Assembly (NCBI GenBank): GCA_964524035.1 | Contig: CAZGBP010000006.1 | Location: 1,773 to 65,772 of the forward strand | Reading direction: 5' to 3' | Length of the DNA stretch: 64,000 nucleotides | DNA from: an uncultured Bifidobacteriaceae bacterium | GTDB lineage: Bacteria; Bacteroidota; Bacteroidia; Chitinophagales; UBA10324 | In this document: positions 1-10,103 of the stretch, piece by piece | Layout of the letters: each line of letters starts with the position of its first letter | How positions within the stretch are numbered: position 1 is the stretch's first letter | Notes under the pieces: model-generated | The model's database searches: none | Told to the model about the DNA's origin: nothing | The model's input: the letters and a program-made list of their open reading frames with translations, nothing else | Translations under genes and position numbers: made by a program

Positions 1-1
1 A

Positions 2-358
2 GCAGCAGATTCCTCCACTCCGGCTATGCATTACATTACCTTCAATGAGTATGTCTTTGACTTCAAAGTGAAAAGAATCAAAGGCGCTCAGAAAATAGGC
101 AACCTGTTCTTTCATTCCTTCAGGGTGATGAGCAAATTGCGGTGCAAACACGTTTTTGAAGTCAGTTCCCCAATACTTGTCGGCATTAGAAAAATCTCTG
201 TTGTTCCAAACTTCTTCTATGTAACTCAGATACCATTGCTTAATGCTGTCCTTTGTCATCAGATTACTGTTTGCTGAGTGCTGCGTTAACGTATTTTCAC
301 AACTGCAAAAAAGCAAGGGAGCTACTGCTAAAGCAAGCAGCAGGTATTTCATTTTCAT
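2..358 (-). CDS. SnoaL-like (NTF2-fold, ester-cyclase type) lipoprotein; 3' end lies outside the window
   Basis: Missing from the ORF track because it runs off the window edge. My reverse-strand translation from the ATG at 358 gives MKMKYLLLALAVAPLLFCSCENT (lipoprotein-type signal). It continues IKQWYLSYIEEVWNNRDFSNADKYWGTDFKNVFAPQFAHHPEGMKEQVAYF, a SnoaL/ester-cyclase-like pattern, and stays open to position 2. Confidence 0.6.
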   Translation of the reverse strand, partial: MKMKYLLLALAVAPLLFCSCENTLTQHSANSNLMTKDSIKQWYLSYIEEVWNNRDFSNADKYWGTDFKNVFAPQFAHHPEGMKEQVAYFLSAFDSFHFEVKDILIEGNVMHSRSGGICC

Positions 359-477
359 ATGATCACAACGATGGGTTCTGTTACCTTTTTCAGAAATTTC
401 TGAATTTGCCTGCTTCACAATCATTACAGCAAATCCGTTTCTTTCCATTCTTAATCTCAGCTATCGGGGCTGTCCCA

Positions 478-756
478 TCAGATAAGTACTTCCCAGATAC
501 AGCAAATCGGAATATCTATTCCTCCCTTCAATTCAATATGGGTATCGGTGGTATCCCATACGGTAGTTTCCACCATGGCAGGTCCTTGCAAGGATTCAAA
601 AATTATTTTAACCTTATGTTTTTCTCCGTTACCCAAAATCATGGCTTCTTCCAGTAATATTTGCCGCAATTCCATTTCATACTGGCTGCTCAGCACTTCA
701 TATTGTACAAACCGATAGTTTACGAGCGCTTCTTTTTCAACTACCGGAATGTTCAT
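478..756 (-). CDS. hypothetical small protein (92 aa)
   Basis: Intact ORF on the same strand as the downstream SnoaL-like gene, with a protein-like composition. It faintly resembles small beta-rich Rof-like proteins, but no motif is secure. Confidence 0.4.
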   Translation of the reverse strand: MNIPVVEKEALVNYRFVQYEVLSSQYEMELRQILLEEAMILGNGEKHKVKIIFESLQGPAMVETTVWDTTDTHIELKGGIDIPICCIWEVLI

Positions 757-893
757 GACGAAAGATTTCGATCAGAAATTTAGTGATTTCAGTTCAAATG
801 CACACACCTTTTTTTTATTGCAGCCATTTGTTAAATGCTAGTTAAAAGGACGGAGCCATGCATCTCGCATCCAATTGTTAACCACAGATGCCC

Positions 894-901
894 TATTTTT
901 G
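894..901 (+). promoter_or_regulatory. Bacteroidetes -7 promoter box TATTTTTG
   Basis: Exact TAnnTTTG match 43 nt upstream of the ATG at 944. It lies inside the track's TTG-extended ORF that starts at 875. Confidence 0.45.
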
Positions 902-943
902 CCACTTACTAAATCTGATTCATCTCGACCCGTATTCGGTTTT

Positions 944-3547
944 ATGAATAGAATCCTTCTCCTGTTTTTCCTACTCCTTTTTACCGTAACCCTGCATGCG
1001 CAAAATCCGGCTGCGGGAAAAAGCGGAAATGGCAGTTCGCGCCAGATGAATACCGGCCGTTTCTATGGAAGAATTCTCGATGAAACTTCAGGCAAAGGTA
1101 TTGAGTTCGCTACCATTCAGCTTTTTGAAACGATTTATGATTCTGTAAAAAAGCAACAGAAAAGAAAATTGATTACCGGTGCTTTAACGGAGGCCAATGG
1201 CGATTTCAGCCTGGAAAATGTTCCTGTAAAAGGCAGTTTTCAGATGCATGTTACTGCCATCGGATATGACTCCCTCAACCAAACCGTAAGATTTGACATG
1301 AAGCCGGGAACAAAACAGCAGATGCTGCTTGCTGATAAGGACCTGGGCAACATAAAACTGAAAGCGCTCGCCATCACACTTTCTGAAGTAGTCGTTACTG
1401 ATGAGGAGCCGATCTTTCAACTGCAGCTTGACAAAAAGGTCTATAATGCAGATAAAGACATCTCCAATGCCGGTGGGACTGCTGAAGATGTTTTAAAGAA
1501 AGTACCTTCTGTATTGGTTGATATTGACGGCAATGTAACCTTGCGCAATGCAGCACCTCAGATTTTTGTTGATGGAAGGCCAACCACACTTACCATCGAC
1601 CAGATTCCTTCAGATGCAATAGAGAAAATTGAAGTAATCACCAATCCATCTGCGAAGTATGATGCCTCCGGAGGACAGTCGGGCATTATCAATATCATTA
1701 TGAAAAAGAGCCGGCGCATCGGATATAATGGCAACCTGAGGGCAGGCATTGATAAACGCGGTAAAGTAAACGGAGGCGGAGACATAAATATTCGTGAAGG
1801 AAAAATCAATGTATTTGCCAACGCCAACTTTAACCAGCGTAAATCCATCAGCTACAGCAATACGGAGCGTTACAACACCTTTGAAGAACCACAAACCAAT
1901 ATTTTCCAGGTAGACACACCTATCAACAATAATCAGTTTCTTTCAGGAAATGCGGGCATCGATTATTTTGTGAACAACAGGAATACCATCACACTCAGCG
2001 GTTCGTATACACAGGGTAAGTTTAATTCAAATGATCAGTTGTTTCTTACCACAGATACGCTTGTTGATGCCGGCATCAGCAGCAGCCAGGCCATCCGAAA
2101 CACCGAAAGTTTCCGTCAGTTTCACAACACCGGCGGTGCATTGCTTTATAAACACCTCTTCCCAAAGGAAGGTAAAACATTAAGCGCCGATTTCAACTAT
2201 AATAAGAGCAAGAGTGACAATAACTCAAACTACCTGACGCAATACTATGATGAACAGGAAAATCCCATTGGCACATTAGGCCGCCAGGAGCAGGAAGGTG
2301 GCGGCAGCAACCGGTATATCACGGTGCAATCAGACTATGTTGATCCTATCTCTGAGGATATGGAGGTTGAAGCCGGCGTACGCGCAGCGCTGCGGAAATT
2401 CGATTCCCGCAATGAGGTATCTGTCTTCGATGATTCACTGAATGAGTTTGTTATTGTACCGGATGTAAATAACTACACGTATAATGACCAGGTATATGCC
2501 GGTTATGCAACCTTTAGCGGCGTGTTTGACAAATTTCAATACAAAGCCGGTTTAAGGGTAGAGAGTTCCTTCTATTCCGGTGTATTGACCGATGCGGATC
2601 AAAGCTATAAAAACAATTTCCCGTTAAGTCTTTTTCCAAGTGGCTCATTAAGCTATGAAGTGAACCAGGAGAATACCTTGCAACTCAACTATAGCCGCCG
2701 CATTGACCGGCCCGGCTTTTTCCAGCTTATGCCATACACTGACTATTCCGATTCACTGAATCTGCAACGAGGAAATCCGGACCTGCTGCCGCAATTTACC
2801 AATACGGTTGAGTTCAACTTTGAAAGAAGCTTTGACAAGTCAAACAGCCTGCTCACATCGGCTTATTTTAAAGGCACTAACAATAAGATTACCCGTTACC
2901 AGGAGTTGGAATATGATTCCATGCTGATGCAAGAAACTATCATCAGCACGTACGAGAATGCCAATTCAAGCTACCTGGTCGGACTAGAACTCACCTCCAC
3001 AAATTCAATAAAAAAGTGGTTCAGCATTTCTACCAATCTCAATCTTTTTCAATCATTTATTGATGGAAGCAATATCGAATCCGGGCTCACTAACAGCCAG
3101 TTTAGCTGGTTTGCAAAAGTAAATGCAACATTTAAGTTGCCTTTGAATTTTACTGTTCAGTTATCCGGTGAATACCAGTCGAAGACCGCCGTACCCCAAA
3201 GCGGCGGCGGAGGTGGTGGTGGCCGCGGAATGGGCGGTGGATTCTTTGGAGCTCCTCCGGCTACCCTGCAAGGTTATGTAGAACCATTGTGGGAGATGGA
3301 TATTTCGGTGAAAAAAGAATTTTTCAAAAACAAAGCCACCGCCACGCTGAGCTTCTCAGATATTTTTGCAACAGACCGGTCTATTACACATTACGATACC
3401 GAGTATTTCACGCAAATTTCTTCACGCATTCGTGACCCACAATTTATTCGTTTGAATTTCAGCTACAAGTTTGGAAAATTTGATTCTTCGATTTTCAAAC
3501 GCAAGAACACCAATGGAGGTGAAATGATACAGGATATGGGTGGTTAG
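944..3547 (+). CDS. TonB-dependent receptor / outer-membrane beta-barrel family protein with an N-terminal carboxypeptidase-regulatory-like domain
   Basis: Signal peptide MNRILLLFFLLLFTVTLHAQ starts at the ATG at 944. FYGRILDETSGKGIEFATIQLFE is a CarboxypepD_reg-like fold. Plug-like segment VPSVLVDIDGNVTLRNAAPQIFVDGRP, a long beta-barrel region, and a C-terminal aromatic-rich strand are present. Confidence 0.85.
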   Translation: MNRILLLFFLLLFTVTLHAQNPAAGKSGNGSSRQMNTGRFYGRILDETSGKGIEFATIQLFETIYDSVKKQQKRKLITGALTEANGDFSLENVPVKGSFQMHVTAIGYDSLNQTVRFDMKPGTKQQMLLADKDLGNIKLKALAITLSEVVVTDEEPIFQLQLDKKVYNADKDISNAGGTAEDVLKKVPSVLVDIDGNVTLRNAAPQIFVDGRPTTLTIDQIPSDAIEKIEVITNPSAKYDASGGQSGIINIIMKKSRRIGYNGNLRAGIDKRGKVNGGGDINIREGKINVFANANFNQRKSISYSNTERYNTFEEPQTNIFQVDTPINNNQFLSGNAGIDYFVNNRNTITLSGSYTQGKFNSNDQLFLTTDTLVDAGISSSQAIRNTESFRQFHNTGGALLYKHLFPKEGKTLSADFNYNKSKSDNNSNYLTQYYDEQENPIGTLGRQEQEGGGSNRYITVQSDYVDPISEDMEVEAGVRAALRKFDSRNEVSVFDDSLNEFVIVPDVNNYTYNDQVYAGYATFSGVFDKFQYKAGLRVESSFYSGVLTDADQSYKNNFPLSLFPSGSLSYEVNQENTLQLNYSRRIDRPGFFQLMPYTDYSDSLNLQRGNPDLLPQFTNTVEFNFERSFDKSNSLLTSAYFKGTNNKITRYQELEYDSMLMQETIISTYENANSSYLVGLELTSTNSIKKWFSISTNLNLFQSFIDGSNIESGLTNSQFSWFAKVNATFKLPLNFTVQLSGEYQSKTAVPQSGGGGGGGRGMGGGFFGAPPATLQGYVEPLWEMDISVKKEFFKNKATATLSFSDIFATDRSITHYDTEYFTQISSRIRDPQFIRLNFSYKFGKFDSSIFKRKNTNGGEMIQDMGG

Positions 3548-3633
3548 GTTGCTTTCAGTACATTCAGCTTCCGGAAGATGACGGTTGTTAGCCGTTTCCG
3601 ATGCAACCATCCTATTCAAAAAAAAACTGTCAT

Positions 3634-4854
3634 TTAATTTCTGACGATCGCTCCGTTTGCAAAAAATGATCCCCACCGTATCCGGTAATGATATATTCCT
3701 GGTAAGAGCATGGGCAGGTGGCAGGTAATTATTCCGGAAGCAAAAAATTCTTCGGTATGCACGATCCTTCCCAATACATCAGCTAACTCTAAATGAATGC
3801 CGGCAACAGGTGCTGGTGAAATCCTGAATTGCAGCAAATCAGAAAAGGGGTTGGGATACGCTTTTACCAATACTGCCTCATTTAAGTTCGCCGTTGTTCC
3901 GGTTGTTTGAAACTCCAGGAAGGCAAGTAATGGCAAATGATCCGACGCTGCATGAAGGGCATTGGCCATTTCATCTCCCACTGCGGTATTTGGCGGCCTG
4001 TTAATAGAATCGTTGTAATGGTTGCCATCGTTGCCAAAGGAAACCGTACTGCCGGCAATATAGGATATCCCTCCCTGCTCCATCACTGCATTGCTGAACA
4101 ACAACATATCAAACCGGTCATCGAGGCCTCCCACTACGCCGCCGCCAAAACTGCGAACCCTTGGAGATTGGGTATGGTATTTCGCATATGACGGGTTGTT
4201 GAATACCCCGCTGATCAGTAAGGGGTCCTGCACATTTCCATCATCGGTTACATTGTTTTGCAGAAGCTTCTGGTAAGCCACTTCATTGGTATTGTAAATA
4301 TTAAAATCACCACATACGATGAAATCGGTACCATCCGGTAACGCATTGGTACGTTTTCGAAGGCTATCCACTTCCGATGCACGTTGCGCTTCATCGCTAG
4401 CGGATGAACTGGCTTTTAAATGTACCGCATACAGTATTAAGGTATCCCCGCTTGCTTTATGCACTACCTTGAATTCGTTAATATCGCGCAGATCCGTTTT
4501 AATGGCGTAGTTGCTGATAAAACTGAACTTTTCCTTTCGGTAGATCAGTGCTTTATTCGTATCAAATCCTGTAATGAATGTACCGAGCGAATAAATATCG
4601 GCTGAGTCATTCATTACATGTGCTACAAATCCGAGTATGCCCTGGTAGGCCTTCACTTCTTCGCAAACCAGTAAGTCAGGCTGAAGTGCCTGCATGATTT
4701 TTCTGAAATGCGGATTGCGTATGGCGGTGTCTGCCTGAATACCTTCATAGTTTAACAGGTTGTAAGCAACAAGCCTTATGGTTTCCTGCGCTTTCGATAA
4801 TCCCGGAAGTAATAGTAACCACAGCAACATAATGCTGACTATCCGCTTTTGCAT
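3634..4854 (-). CDS. endonuclease/exonuclease/phosphatase (EEP) family protein with a T9SS C-terminal sorting domain
   Basis: Signal peptide MQKRIVSIMLLWLLLLPGLSKAQ at the ATG at 4854. EEP motifs are LVAYNLLNY, VCEE, GDFNIY and SDHLPL. The C-terminus AYPNPFSDLLQFRI...GIYHYRI is typical of T9SS cargo. Confidence 0.8.
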   Translation of the reverse strand: MQKRIVSIMLLWLLLLPGLSKAQETIRLVAYNLLNYEGIQADTAIRNPHFRKIMQALQPDLLVCEEVKAYQGILGFVAHVMNDSADIYSLGTFITGFDTNKALIYRKEKFSFISNYAIKTDLRDINEFKVVHKASGDTLILYAVHLKASSSASDEAQRASEVDSLRKRTNALPDGTDFIVCGDFNIYNTNEVAYQKLLQNNVTDDGNVQDPLLISGVFNNPSYAKYHTQSPRVRSFGGGVVGGLDDRFDMLLFSNAVMEQGGISYIAGSTVSFGNDGNHYNDSINRPPNTAVGDEMANALHAASDHLPLLAFLEFQTTGTTANLNEAVLVKAYPNPFSDLLQFRISPAPVAGIHLELADVLGRIVHTEEFFASGIITCHLPMLLPGIYHYRIRWGSFFANGAIVRN

Positions 4855-4967
4855 AAGCGGAAAATTACAGCTTTTATTTTCCGAATGAAGGCATGAGAGT
4901 TTCCGGCTTAGATTCTTTATTGTAAACATCAATTTGTTTGCGAACTTTATACTCCTTATAAATCCCC

Positions 4968-5954
4968 ATGACAGAACCGGATATATCAACCCAGGTTGTT
5001 ACCTATGCCGCGGCGGAGTCACCACCGGCCTTTTCATGGGATGACTGGTATGCATCCATAGGTGGCCGCAAGATTGATATACCGGAAGTAAATGAATACC
5101 TGGATAAAATTTACAACGACCAGTACCTCCGGTTTGAAGGCATTACAGCGCCTCACAAAACCGCCTTCGCAGATACGGAAGCTGCAGCAAAACTCATTAA
5201 AGAAAAGGCGGAATCCTTTGGTGCCGATATTGTCGGTATCTGTGAAATTGAACCTTCCGATATTTATAAAGGAAAAACGGTGACTGAAAAATATGCCATC
5301 GCAGTAGGACAACGGATGCGCTGGAGGGCATTCCAGGTAGTGCCTTCCAAAGAGGCAGCCATTGAATGCCTGCGCATTTATTATACGCTTGGCGAAACGG
5401 TTATTGCATTGGCAAATTTCATCCGCTCGCTGGGATATAACTGCAAAGTGGAGCATCCGATTGGAGACAGTGATGTGCTCCATATACCCATAGGTCTTAA
5501 AGCAGGATTTGGAGAACTGGGGCGTCATGGTTCCATCATCCATCCAAAGCTGGGACCATTGTTTCGCATGGGAAGCGTAATCACTTCTTTACCTATGGCT
5601 ATTGATCATCCGGTTGATGCTGGTATTGCAGCCTTCTGTGATAATTGCAGGGCATGCAGAATTTATTGTCCGGCTAAAGCGATCCCCGACGAACGCAATG
5701 CAGCTTCCGGGAAAGACCATCTGGGCAACGACCGCTACCAGGTAGATACAGGCAAGTGTTTCCCTTACTTTGCAACACATTATTACTGTTCAGCCTGTTT
5801 GCCGGTCTGCGTTTACAATCACAAAGAATGGGCTAAAGACTTTGAAGGATTCGAAACGAAGCTGTTTCCAAAAGTAATTATGGAAGATCCTCCGCCTCCA
5901 GCAGATGATATCGCTGTTGATAAGCGTCATGAATATCCCCGGGTGAAACGTTGA
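4968..5954 (+). CDS. 4Fe-4S dicluster protein of the reductive-dehalogenase / epoxyqueuosine-reductase superfamily
   Basis: Cluster motifs CDNCRACRIYCPAKAIP and CSACLPVCVYN. The N-terminal part AAKLIKEKAESFGADIVGICEI resembles RdhA/QueG-type proteins. No twin-arginine signal is visible. Confidence 0.65.
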   Translation: MTEPDISTQVVTYAAAESPPAFSWDDWYASIGGRKIDIPEVNEYLDKIYNDQYLRFEGITAPHKTAFADTEAAAKLIKEKAESFGADIVGICEIEPSDIYKGKTVTEKYAIAVGQRMRWRAFQVVPSKEAAIECLRIYYTLGETVIALANFIRSLGYNCKVEHPIGDSDVLHIPIGLKAGFGELGRHGSIIHPKLGPLFRMGSVITSLPMAIDHPVDAGIAAFCDNCRACRIYCPAKAIPDERNAASGKDHLGNDRYQVDTGKCFPYFATHYYCSACLPVCVYNHKEWAKDFEGFETKLFPKVIMEDPPPPADDIAVDKRHEYPRVKR

Positions 5955-5988
5955 AGAAATTCGAATAGGTAAAAAGCAAACGGCGTCA

Positions 5989-6267
5989 TCAGTCAAAATC
6001 TATCTGCGTCTTCAGATCAATCTCTTCCAATATTGCACTAACACTCAGGCACTCTTCCATCGGGCCTGCATATACCATGCACTTTCCTTCCGTATGTACG
6101 GTTTGCGCCATCCGTTCGCCCACTTTGTAAGAACAGTTGATCGCAAGGATCAACTGATAAATCACTTCATCGAATGTATGGTAGTCATCGTTAAACAGGA
6201 TTACCCTTGCCCCACCTGTCGTATCCGGACCTGCAACTTTTTCAATGGGAAGTACTTCTGTTTCCAT
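5989..6267 (-). CDS. clpS: ATP-dependent Clp protease adaptor ClpS
   Basis: 92 aa. The core [47 protein letters not shown] is the conserved ClpS core. Confidence 0.9.
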   Translation of the reverse strand: METEVLPIEKVAGPDTTGGARVILFNDDYHTFDEVIYQLILAINCSYKVGERMAQTVHTEGKCMVYAGPMEECLSVSAILEEIDLKTQIDFD

Positions 6268-6580
6268 GTCAAGAATGCTAATTTAAGCACAAAGCATCAA
6301 CTACCACATAATTTCAGGAATGTAATTCTTTGTATTGGCAGAAATGCATCCCGGTAGTCCTGAAACACATTAAATGTCTGTTGCGCTGCTTACCCTTCGG
6401 TTCCTCACAGCCAACGCTCCTGTATTGAACAAAGTCATTACATTATCCAAACGTCCAGGAATTTTTTTTGTAAAAGTAGCAACACTCTCCTGAAGGTACT
6501 GGGAGGCATTATGAAATTGACCCGGTTTTATTAATTGCCATGCCAATGGTTATCCTGCAAGAACAAATTTTTTAGTTCAT

Positions 6581-6588
6581 TACTTTTG
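6581..6588 (+). promoter_or_regulatory. Bacteroidetes -7 promoter box TACTTTTG
   Basis: Exact TAnnTTTG match 30 nt upstream of the ATG at 6618. Confidence 0.45.
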
Positions 6589-6617
6589 GATTTCCAAAAC
6601 ATTGAAATACAACATTC

Positions 6618-8093
6618 ATGAACCTGAGAAATTTTGCCCTCTGCCTGCTGCTGAATCCGGTACTTTTTTCGCTACCCGCAACCGCCCAGTCGGGTTCATT
6701 GAACGAAGTGGCCGGACTCTATTCAGGCACTATTCCCTGCGCTGATTGTCCGGGCATTCAATACAAGCTCAGTTTGCTGAGGGATGGTACGTATGAAGAA
6801 AGCGCGTTGTATATTGATCGTTCCACAACACCGGTTACGGTCGGCGGAACCTACACCGTAGAAGAACAGTCCATAGTAAAACTGGGGGGCAACCCATACA
6901 GCATGGGGCTCTTCAGAATACTCCCTTCCGGACTTCAAATGCTGGATGCCGGAGGTAACGAGATAACCGGTGCACTGGCAGACCGTTATATGCTTACCAA
7001 GCTTACCCGTTCTATGAAAAATCAGCCGGCAAATCAGGATGCTATCAAAACAGCTCCTTTAGACAGAAAAAAATACCACCAGGGCATTACTTTTTATGCT
7101 ACGGGCAATGAGCCTTCCTGGTCGCTTGATATGACAGCAGGCAAGTCAATCCATTTCAGAACGCTTGAAGGTCAGGAATTCACAACCCCTTTTGCTGAAG
7201 GCATTAAAGCAATGGATCAGAACGTCACTTTATTTGACCTGCAAACCGAAGCGGTAACCATGCGCATACAATTGATTCAGGAATCTTGCACAGACAATAT
7301 GAGTGGTACAGGCTTTCCTTTCCGGGCAATGATTGATGTTCGGCACCACAATGAAAACGAATCACGCCATTACGAGGGTTGTGGAAAGTATGTGCCCGAC
7401 TATGGCCTGGAAGGAAAATGGACATTAAAAAAAATAGGTAGTGTAGATGCAGAAGAGGGCCAGTATCCGCGCGGACTTCCTTTTCTTGAAATCAACATGG
7501 ACAGTTTAAGTTATGCCGGCTTTGCAGGCTGCAACCGGTTTATGGGCAAGATCAGTCATTCAGAAAGAGGATTGATCCGCATTCATGAAGGTGCCATTAC
7601 CATGATGGCCTGCCCGGAAATGGAAGGTGAACAAGCCTTTCTTTCCGCCTTACGAATGACTACACAATACCGGTTTGAGGATGGAGCGCTTGTGTTTTTT
7701 AATCCTGATAAAACCACTATGATTTTGAAGCAAACCCCTCCTTCACTTCCTAAAGGTTACCGTGTGATTGATCTGTGGGTGCTGGAAAGCATCAACGGAA
7801 TAAAAATTGATTCGAAAAACTATCCCAAAGAAATACCGCGGATTGAAATAAACAGTGAGATGAAGCTATTCGGTAATGCAGGTTGCAATACAATAAATGG
7901 CAGCGTGGAAGCGGATGAAAAAAGCATCAGGATCACCGCAGCGCAGATGACCCGTATGGCTTGTCCGGAGGCCGCAAAAGAAAGTGAATTTGTGAATGCG
8001 CTGCAGGTTGCCAACAGCTATCAGATTGCAGATAACCGTTTGACGTTGATGAAAGATGGCCGTGCCATGCTCGTATTCAGGAAAACAGACTGA
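6618..8093 (+). CDS. multidomain secreted protein or lipoprotein: NlpE-N-like domain, COG3650-like domain and two META (HslJ-like) domains
   Basis: Signal peptide present. GLYSGTIPCADCPGIQYKLSLLRDGTYEE is an NlpE N-terminal CxxC motif. YATGNEPSWSLDM is the middle module. Two META-type modules follow: GFAGCNRFMGKIS...ITMMACPE and GNAGCNTINGSVE...QMTRMACPE. Confidence 0.75.
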   Translation: MNLRNFALCLLLNPVLFSLPATAQSGSLNEVAGLYSGTIPCADCPGIQYKLSLLRDGTYEESALYIDRSTTPVTVGGTYTVEEQSIVKLGGNPYSMGLFRILPSGLQMLDAGGNEITGALADRYMLTKLTRSMKNQPANQDAIKTAPLDRKKYHQGITFYATGNEPSWSLDMTAGKSIHFRTLEGQEFTTPFAEGIKAMDQNVTLFDLQTEAVTMRIQLIQESCTDNMSGTGFPFRAMIDVRHHNENESRHYEGCGKYVPDYGLEGKWTLKKIGSVDAEEGQYPRGLPFLEINMDSLSYAGFAGCNRFMGKISHSERGLIRIHEGAITMMACPEMEGEQAFLSALRMTTQYRFEDGALVFFNPDKTTMILKQTPPSLPKGYRVIDLWVLESINGIKIDSKNYPKEIPRIEINSEMKLFGNAGCNTINGSVEADEKSIRITAAQMTRMACPEAAKESEFVNALQVANSYQIADNRLTLMKDGRAMLVFRKTD

Positions 8094-8296
8094 GGCATTG
8101 ATCAAGAAAGTTATGGGCATATGAACGAATGTATCCGTTCCCTTTCCCGTATAAGACTTTGAACTCCCAAGTTCCCTCCTATCTTTGCCGCCGTTTATTT
8201 CGAAGGCAAGCCGGCTGGCAGATAGCAATAAATGCTGACTGATACAGGCTTTACCTCGATATTTTCACACGAGTTCATAATAAACTGATACCATCA

Positions 8297-9103
8297 ATGA
8301 GCATCCTGCAAGCCATCATCCTGGCTATTGTGGAAGGAATTACCGAGTTTCTTCCTATCTCTTCTACCGGGCATATGATCATCGCTTCCACATTCATGGG
8401 GATTCACAATGATGATTTTGTGAAGATGTTTGAAGTAGTTATTCAGTTTGGCGCAATTCTTTCCGTACTGGTACTGTACTGGAGAAAATTTTTACCCGGT
8501 GATAGAGGGGTTGGTGAATGGTTTTCATTTTACCTGAAACTGCTGGTAGCATTTATACCTTCCGCTTTCTTTGGTTTTCTGTTCCATTCATACATAAAGG
8601 AGATGATAGGCAGCGTAACTATCGTTGCCATATCTATGCTGGCAGGCGGAATTGTCCTGCTCTTTATTGATAGAATATTCAAAGATTCGGAAGAGGTTGC
8701 GGAACAACCCATTACCTATCCCATGGCACTTAAAATAGGTTTGTTTCAGGTGATCAGCATGATTCCGGGTGTTTCCCGTTCCGCCGCCACCATTATTGGC
8801 GGCATGAGCCAAAAACTCAGCAGGAAACAGGCAGCCGAGTTTTCCTTTTTTCTTGCCGTGCCAACGATGGCTGCCGCTTCCGTGCTCGACTTGCTGGATT
8901 ACGCACAGCATATTTCTTCGGCAACCCTGGTGCCGTTAGCGGTTGGATTCGTGGTGGCCTTCCTGGTCGCCATGATTGCCATAAAAGCCTTTGTCGGATT
9001 TTTGACCAGGCATGGTTTTAAGTTATTCGGATATTACCGCATTGTGGTAGGTACGATCTTGCTCCTTTTGCTGGCCCTGGGTGTAAACCTTCAAATGATA
9101 TGA
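8297..9103 (+). CDS. uppP: undecaprenyl-diphosphate phosphatase
   Basis: N-terminal motif EGITEFLPISSTGHM, PGVSRSAATI, and an eight-TM-like hydrophobic profile. The stop overlaps the truB start (ATGA). Confidence 0.95.
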   Translation: MSILQAIILAIVEGITEFLPISSTGHMIIASTFMGIHNDDFVKMFEVVIQFGAILSVLVLYWRKFLPGDRGVGEWFSFYLKLLVAFIPSAFFGFLFHSYIKEMIGSVTIVAISMLAGGIVLLFIDRIFKDSEEVAEQPITYPMALKIGLFQVISMIPGVSRSAATIIGGMSQKLSRKQAAEFSFFLAVPTMAAASVLDLLDYAQHISSATLVPLAVGFVVAFLVAMIAIKAFVGFLTRHGFKLFGYYRIVVGTILLLLLALGVNLQMI

Positions 9104-9792
9104 CCCTGGAGGAAATACGTTCGGGCGCGGTACTCTTATTTGACAAACCCTTTGACTGGTCATCGTTTGATGTGGTAAACAAAGTGAAGCGCTGGACCAA
9201 AGCCAAGGTAGGCCATGCAGGTACACTTGACCCCTATGCCACCGGCTTGCTCATATTATGTACCGGCAAGTTCACCAAACGCATCCCTGAATTTCAGGAC
9301 ACTCATAAAGAATACACCGGCACTATGGTACTTGGCGCAACTACGCCTAGCTATGACCTGGAAAAGGAGATAGACCAGCGCTTTGACACAACCTCCCTTA
9401 CTGCCGACATGGTGAAAGCCATGCCACAACAGTTTCTCGGCGACATTATGCAATCTCCTCCTGTCTTTTCCGCAATTTATGTAAACGGAAGAAGGGCATA
9501 CAAGAAAGCAAGGTCAGGCCATGACTTCGAAATTGAAAAAAGAAAAGTTACACTTTATGAATTCGAGCTTACGTCAATCAGGCTGCCGGAAGTAGATTTC
9601 AGGGTAGTTTGCGGAAAAGGCTTTTATGTACGTTCACTGGTGAATGATTTTGGAAAAGCGTTAAACAATGGCGCTTACCTTTCTGCCTTGCGAAGAATCC
9701 GGATAGGCGACTATCATGTAAAGGATGCCTGGACTATTTCGCAATTCACCGCATTTGTACAAGCTGAAGAACAAAAATCACAGATGGATTGA
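9100..9792 (+). CDS. truB: tRNA pseudouridine(55) synthase
   Basis: Catalytic motif GHAGTLDPYATGLL and the PPVFSAIYVNGRRAYKKAR segment. Confidence 0.95.
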   Translation: MTLEEIRSGAVLLFDKPFDWSSFDVVNKVKRWTKAKVGHAGTLDPYATGLLILCTGKFTKRIPEFQDTHKEYTGTMVLGATTPSYDLEKEIDQRFDTTSLTADMVKAMPQQFLGDIMQSPPVFSAIYVNGRRAYKKARSGHDFEIEKRKVTLYEFELTSIRLPEVDFRVVCGKGFYVRSLVNDFGKALNNGAYLSALRRIRIGDYHVKDAWTISQFTAFVQAEEQKSQMD

Positions 9793-9896
9793 TTGCCAGG
9801 TCATACAATACTGCACAGCGGCTGTTTGCTGAAGGTGGTTCCTGGTCAGGAAAGGCGGATGGAATGACGATACATTGATACAATCGAATTGGCCTG

Positions 9897-10103
9897 CTAC
9901 CCTCCTGACTGCAAATACTGGTGTAGCCATTGCCCGGTAAATTTTTTGCGAGTCGTGTACCAGGCGGTTGTTTCTTTATCAGCCGGACATTGATTTTTCT
10001 GGCTGCCATCTGGTTGCTCTCCTTGCCACACGGCAGATAAAAAACCGCTTTCAATGCGGTACTTTTGAGGCAGGATTGCTTCCGTTTGCTGAAATGTTTT
10101 CAT
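9897..10103 (-). CDS. questionable 68-aa ORF in the truB-ribF gap (possible gene remnant)
   Basis: The only sizeable ORF in an otherwise unexplained 348-bp gap. No recognisable motif and no clear promoter. Confidence 0.2.
   Translation of the reverse strand: MKTFQQTEAILPQKYRIESGFLSAVWQGEQPDGSQKNQCPADKETTAWYTTRKKFTGQWLHQYLQSGG

Noticed and set aside
26-657. Plus-strand ORFs 26-277 and 253-657
   Set aside because: They are antisense to a convincing minus-strand SnoaL-like lipoprotein gene (2-358) and to the 92-aa ORF (478-756). Their translations show no motifs.
3201-3243. G-rich tract (GCGGCGGCGGAGGTGGTGGTGGCCGCGGAATGGGCGGTGG) as a possible G-quadruplex or repeat element
   Set aside because: It is in frame within the TonB-dependent receptor and encodes a Gly-run loop (SGGGGGGRGMGGG). 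That is a sufficient explanation.
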